From positions 1 through 64,000 of the forward strand of contig NIVC01003733.1 of assembly GCA_002269645.1 (NCBI GenBank): a stretch of DNA of 64,000 nucleotides, written 5' to 3'. The position numbers were made by a program, and so were the translations under genes. The notes under the pieces are model-generated. The model made no database searches, was not told the origin of the DNA, and saw only the letters and a list, made by a program, of their open reading frames with translations. The stretch is from Macrostomum lignano (taxonomy: Eukaryota). Below are positions 60,538 through 64,000 of this stretch, piece after piece. Position 1 is the first letter of the stretch. The number at the start of each line of letters is the position of its first letter.

Positions 60538-63250
60538 AAGGCGTCATGTAAAAAATCATAGAATAGTCATGCAAAAAATCATAGAAGCGTCATGTAAACA
60601 ATCATAGAAGCGTCATGTAAAAAATCATAGAAGCGTCATGTAAACAATCATAGAAGCGTCATGTAAAAAATCATAGAAGCGTCATGTAAAAAATCATAGA
60701 AGCGTCATGTAAACAATCATTGAAGCGTCATGTAAAAATCATTGAAGCGTCATGTAAAAATCATGGAAGCGTCATAAAAAATCATAGAAGCGTCAAGTAA
60801 AAAATCATAGAAGCGTCATGTAAACAATCATAGAAGCGTCACGTAAAAAATCATAGAAGCGTGATGTAAAAAATCATAGAAGCGTCATGTAAACAATCAT
60901 AGAAGTGTCATGTAAAATCATAGATGCGTCATGTAAACAATCATAGAAGCGTCATGTAAAAAATCATAGAAGCGTCATGTAAAAAATCATAGAAGCGTCA
61001 TGTAAACAATCATTGAAGCGTCATGTAAAAATCATTGAAGCGTCATAAAAAATCATAGAAGCGTCATGTAAAAAATCATAGAAGCGTCATGTAAACAATC
61101 ATAGAAGTGTCATGTAAAAAATCGTAGAAGCGTCATGAAAAAATCATAGAAGCGTCATGTAAACAATCATAGAAGTGTCATGTAAAATCATAGATGCGTC
61201 ATGTAAACAATCATAGAAGCGTCATGTAAAAATCATAGAAGCGTCATGTAAAAAATCATAGAAGCGTCATGTAAACAATCATTGAAGCGTCATGTAAACA
61301 ATCATAGAAGCGTCATAAAAAATCATAGAAGCGTCATGTAAAAAATCATAGAAGCGTCATGTAAACAATCATAGAAGCGTCATGTAAAAAATCGTAGAAG
61401 CGTCATGAAAAAATCATAGAAGCGTCATGTAAACAATCATAGAAGCGTCATGTAAAAAATCATAGAAGCGTCATGTAAAAAATCATAGAAGCGTAATGTA
61501 AACAATCATAGACGTGTCATGTAAAAATCATAGAAGCGTCATGTAAAAATCATAGAAGCGTCATGTAAACAATCATAGAAGCGTCATGTAAAAATCATAG
61601 AAGCGTCATGTAAACAATCATTGAAGCGTCATGTAAAAATCATTTAAGCGTCATGTAAAAATCATAGAAGCGTCATGTAAACAATCATAGAAGCGTAATG
61701 TAAAAGCAAAGAAGCGTCATGTAAAGATCATAGAAGCGTCATGTAAAAAAATCATAGAAGCGTCATGTAAAAAATCATAGAAGCGTCATTTAAAAAATCA
61801 TAGAAGCGTCATGTAAAAATCATGGAAGCGTCATGAAAAAATCATAGAAGCGTAATGTAAAAAATCATAGAAGCGTCATGTAAAAAATCATAGAAGCGTC
61901 ATGTAAAAAATCATAGAAGCGTGATGTAAAAAATCATAGAAGCGTCATGTAAACAATCATAGAAGTGTCATGTAAAATCATAGATGCGTCATGTAAACAA
62001 TCATAGAAGCGTCATGTAAAAAATCATAGAAGCGTCATGTAAAAAATCATAGAAGCGTCATGTAAACAATCATTGAAGCGTCATGTAAAAATCATTGAAG
62101 CGTCATAAAAAATCATAGAAGCGTCATGTAAAAAATCATAGAAGCGTGATGTAAAAAATCATAGAAGCGTCATGTAAACAATCATAGAAGTGTCATGTAA
62201 AATCATAGATGCGTCATGTAAACAATCATAGAAGCGTCATGTAAAAAATCATAGAAGCGTCATGTAAAAAATCATAGAAGCGTCATGTAAACAATCATTG
62301 AAGCGTCATGTAAAAATCATTGAAGCGTCATAAAAAATCATAGAAGCGTCATGTAAAAAATCATAGAAGCGTCATGTAAACAATCATAGAAGTGTCATGT
62401 AAAAAATCGTAGAAGCGTCATGAAAAAATCATAGAAGCGTCATGTAAACAATCATAGAAGCGTCATGTAAAAAATCATAGAAGCGTCATGTAAAAAATCA
62501 TAGAAGCGTCATGTAAACAATCATAGAAGTGTCATGTAAAAATCATAGAAGCGTCATGTAAAAATCATAGAAGCGTCATGTAAACAATCATTGAAGCGTC
62601 ATGTAAAAATCATAGAAGCGTCATGTAAACAATCATTGAAGCGTCATGTAAAAATCATTTAAGCGTCATGTAAAAATCATAGAAGCGTCATGTAAACAAT
62701 CATAGAAGCGTAATGTAAAAGCAAAGAAGCGTCATGTAAAGATCATAGAAGCGTCATGTAAAAAAATCATAGAAGCGTCATGTAAAAAATCATAGAAGCG
62801 TCATGTAAAAAATCATAGAAGCGTCATGTAAAAATCATGGAAGCGTCATGAAAAAATCATAGAAGCGTAATGTAAAAAATCATAGAAGCGTCAAGTAAAA
62901 ATCATAGAAGCGTCAAGTAAAAAATCATAGAAGCGTCATGTAAAAAATCATAGAAGCGTCATGAAAAAATCATTAAAGCGTCATGTAAAAATCATGAAAG
63001 CGTCATGTAAAAGGCATAGAAGCGTCATGAAAAAATCATAGAAGCGTCAAGTAAAAAATCATAGAAGCGTCAAGTAAAAATCATTAAAGCGTCATGTAAA
63101 AATCATAGAAGCGTCATGTAAAAATCATAGAAGCGTCATGTAAAAAATCATAGAAGCGTCATGTAAAAATCATGGAAGCGTCATGAAAAAATCATAGAAG
63201 CGTCATTTAAAAAATAAGGAAGCATCATGGTAGAATAAAAGAAGCGTCAT
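60538..63250. repeat. ~23-bp satellite, 2.7 kb (AAAAAATCATAGAAGCGTCATGT), with repeated variant blocks
   Basis: Direct tandem periodicity. Confidence 0.97.
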
Positions 63251-63299
63251 GTCAGACATGAAGGGTTCATGTAAAAATTAAATGCAGCTATAATGCTGT

Positions 63300-64000
63300 G
63301 CTGGGGAGAAAAACAGACGTAAAGGCTCTCAGAGAATAACTGAGATTACAGGGGGGGGGTTTCTGAGATGTCAAAGCAAAAGCCGGAAGCTACTTCAAAG
63401 TTCATGTACTTTACTCAATTTTTTTATTGCATTCTTTGTTGGCTCGCCACGGGGTGAGGCGCTGATAGAAGAAGAGTCATGTAAAAAATAAAAGTGGCAC
63501 TATGTATACATAAAAGAAAAGTCATGTCGAAGTTAAAAGATTCATTTGGGAATTGCTACGATGTCAAAGCTTGGTGGAAATCGTTATAGTGCTTGATTCT
63601 TAAAGAAGGAATCACTAAAATGTCAAGGCTTAGGGGAGAAGAATTGCTGAGATTTCAAGACTTTAGGTTGGGTTAAAGTTAGGTTTAGGTCAGGTGTGGG
63701 TTGAGGGTTATATTTTATCGGGTTTCAAGTTTAACAGGGGGTTTTTTAGATGTCAAGGTTTTTTGGGGGCCATCGCTGACATGTCAAGGCTTACGGGGGG
63801 AATAGCTGAGATGTCAAGGCTCACGGGGGTATAAATGAGATTTCAAGGCTAAAGTCAGAAGCTACATGTAGTTTATTGAAAACTTTTTATTACATTATTT
63901 GATGCCTCGTCAGGGGAGGGATCGCTGATAAAAATAAAAAAAGCTTCATGTCGAAGTTAAGAGATTCATTTGGGAATCCCTACGATGTCGAGGCTTGCAG
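63300..64000. repeat. Degenerate complex repeat: recurring GATGTCAAGGCT-like motif plus a diverged duplication about 470 bp apart
   Basis: About 9 motif copies; 63380-63570 resembles 63850-64000. Confidence 0.65.

Overview
Eukaryotic (animal) genomic DNA with spliceosomal GT-AG introns, very GC-rich Ala-rich exons and dense tandem repeats. This style suggests a flatworm such as Macrostomum, which is an inference only. Two minus-strand genes are well supported. (1) A canonical ankyrin (ANK2/ANK3/unc-44 type): the ANK-repeat membrane-binding domain is reconstructed from exons at 5284-16004, with candidate alternative first exons at 19408-19464 and 11601-11858. Its downstream ZU5/death-domain exons are not found in the window. 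(2) A complete 8-exon metabotropic glutamate receptor-family class C GPCR (54797-45465, about 1018 aa). Between the two genes lie many unrelated micro- and minisatellites, a ~954-bp tandem duplication and a candidate small spliced orphan gene (31.1-32.4 kb). Upstream of the receptor (57.2-59.7 kb) is an AT-rich, intronless, tightly packed cluster of decayed small ORFs, two of them paralogous, next to three GNA-triloop hairpins. It looks like an endogenised viral or other mobile DNA, and it is interrupted by a hAT element (8-bp TSD) that itself carries a nested MITE. All very long ORFs in the ORF track come from simple repeats.
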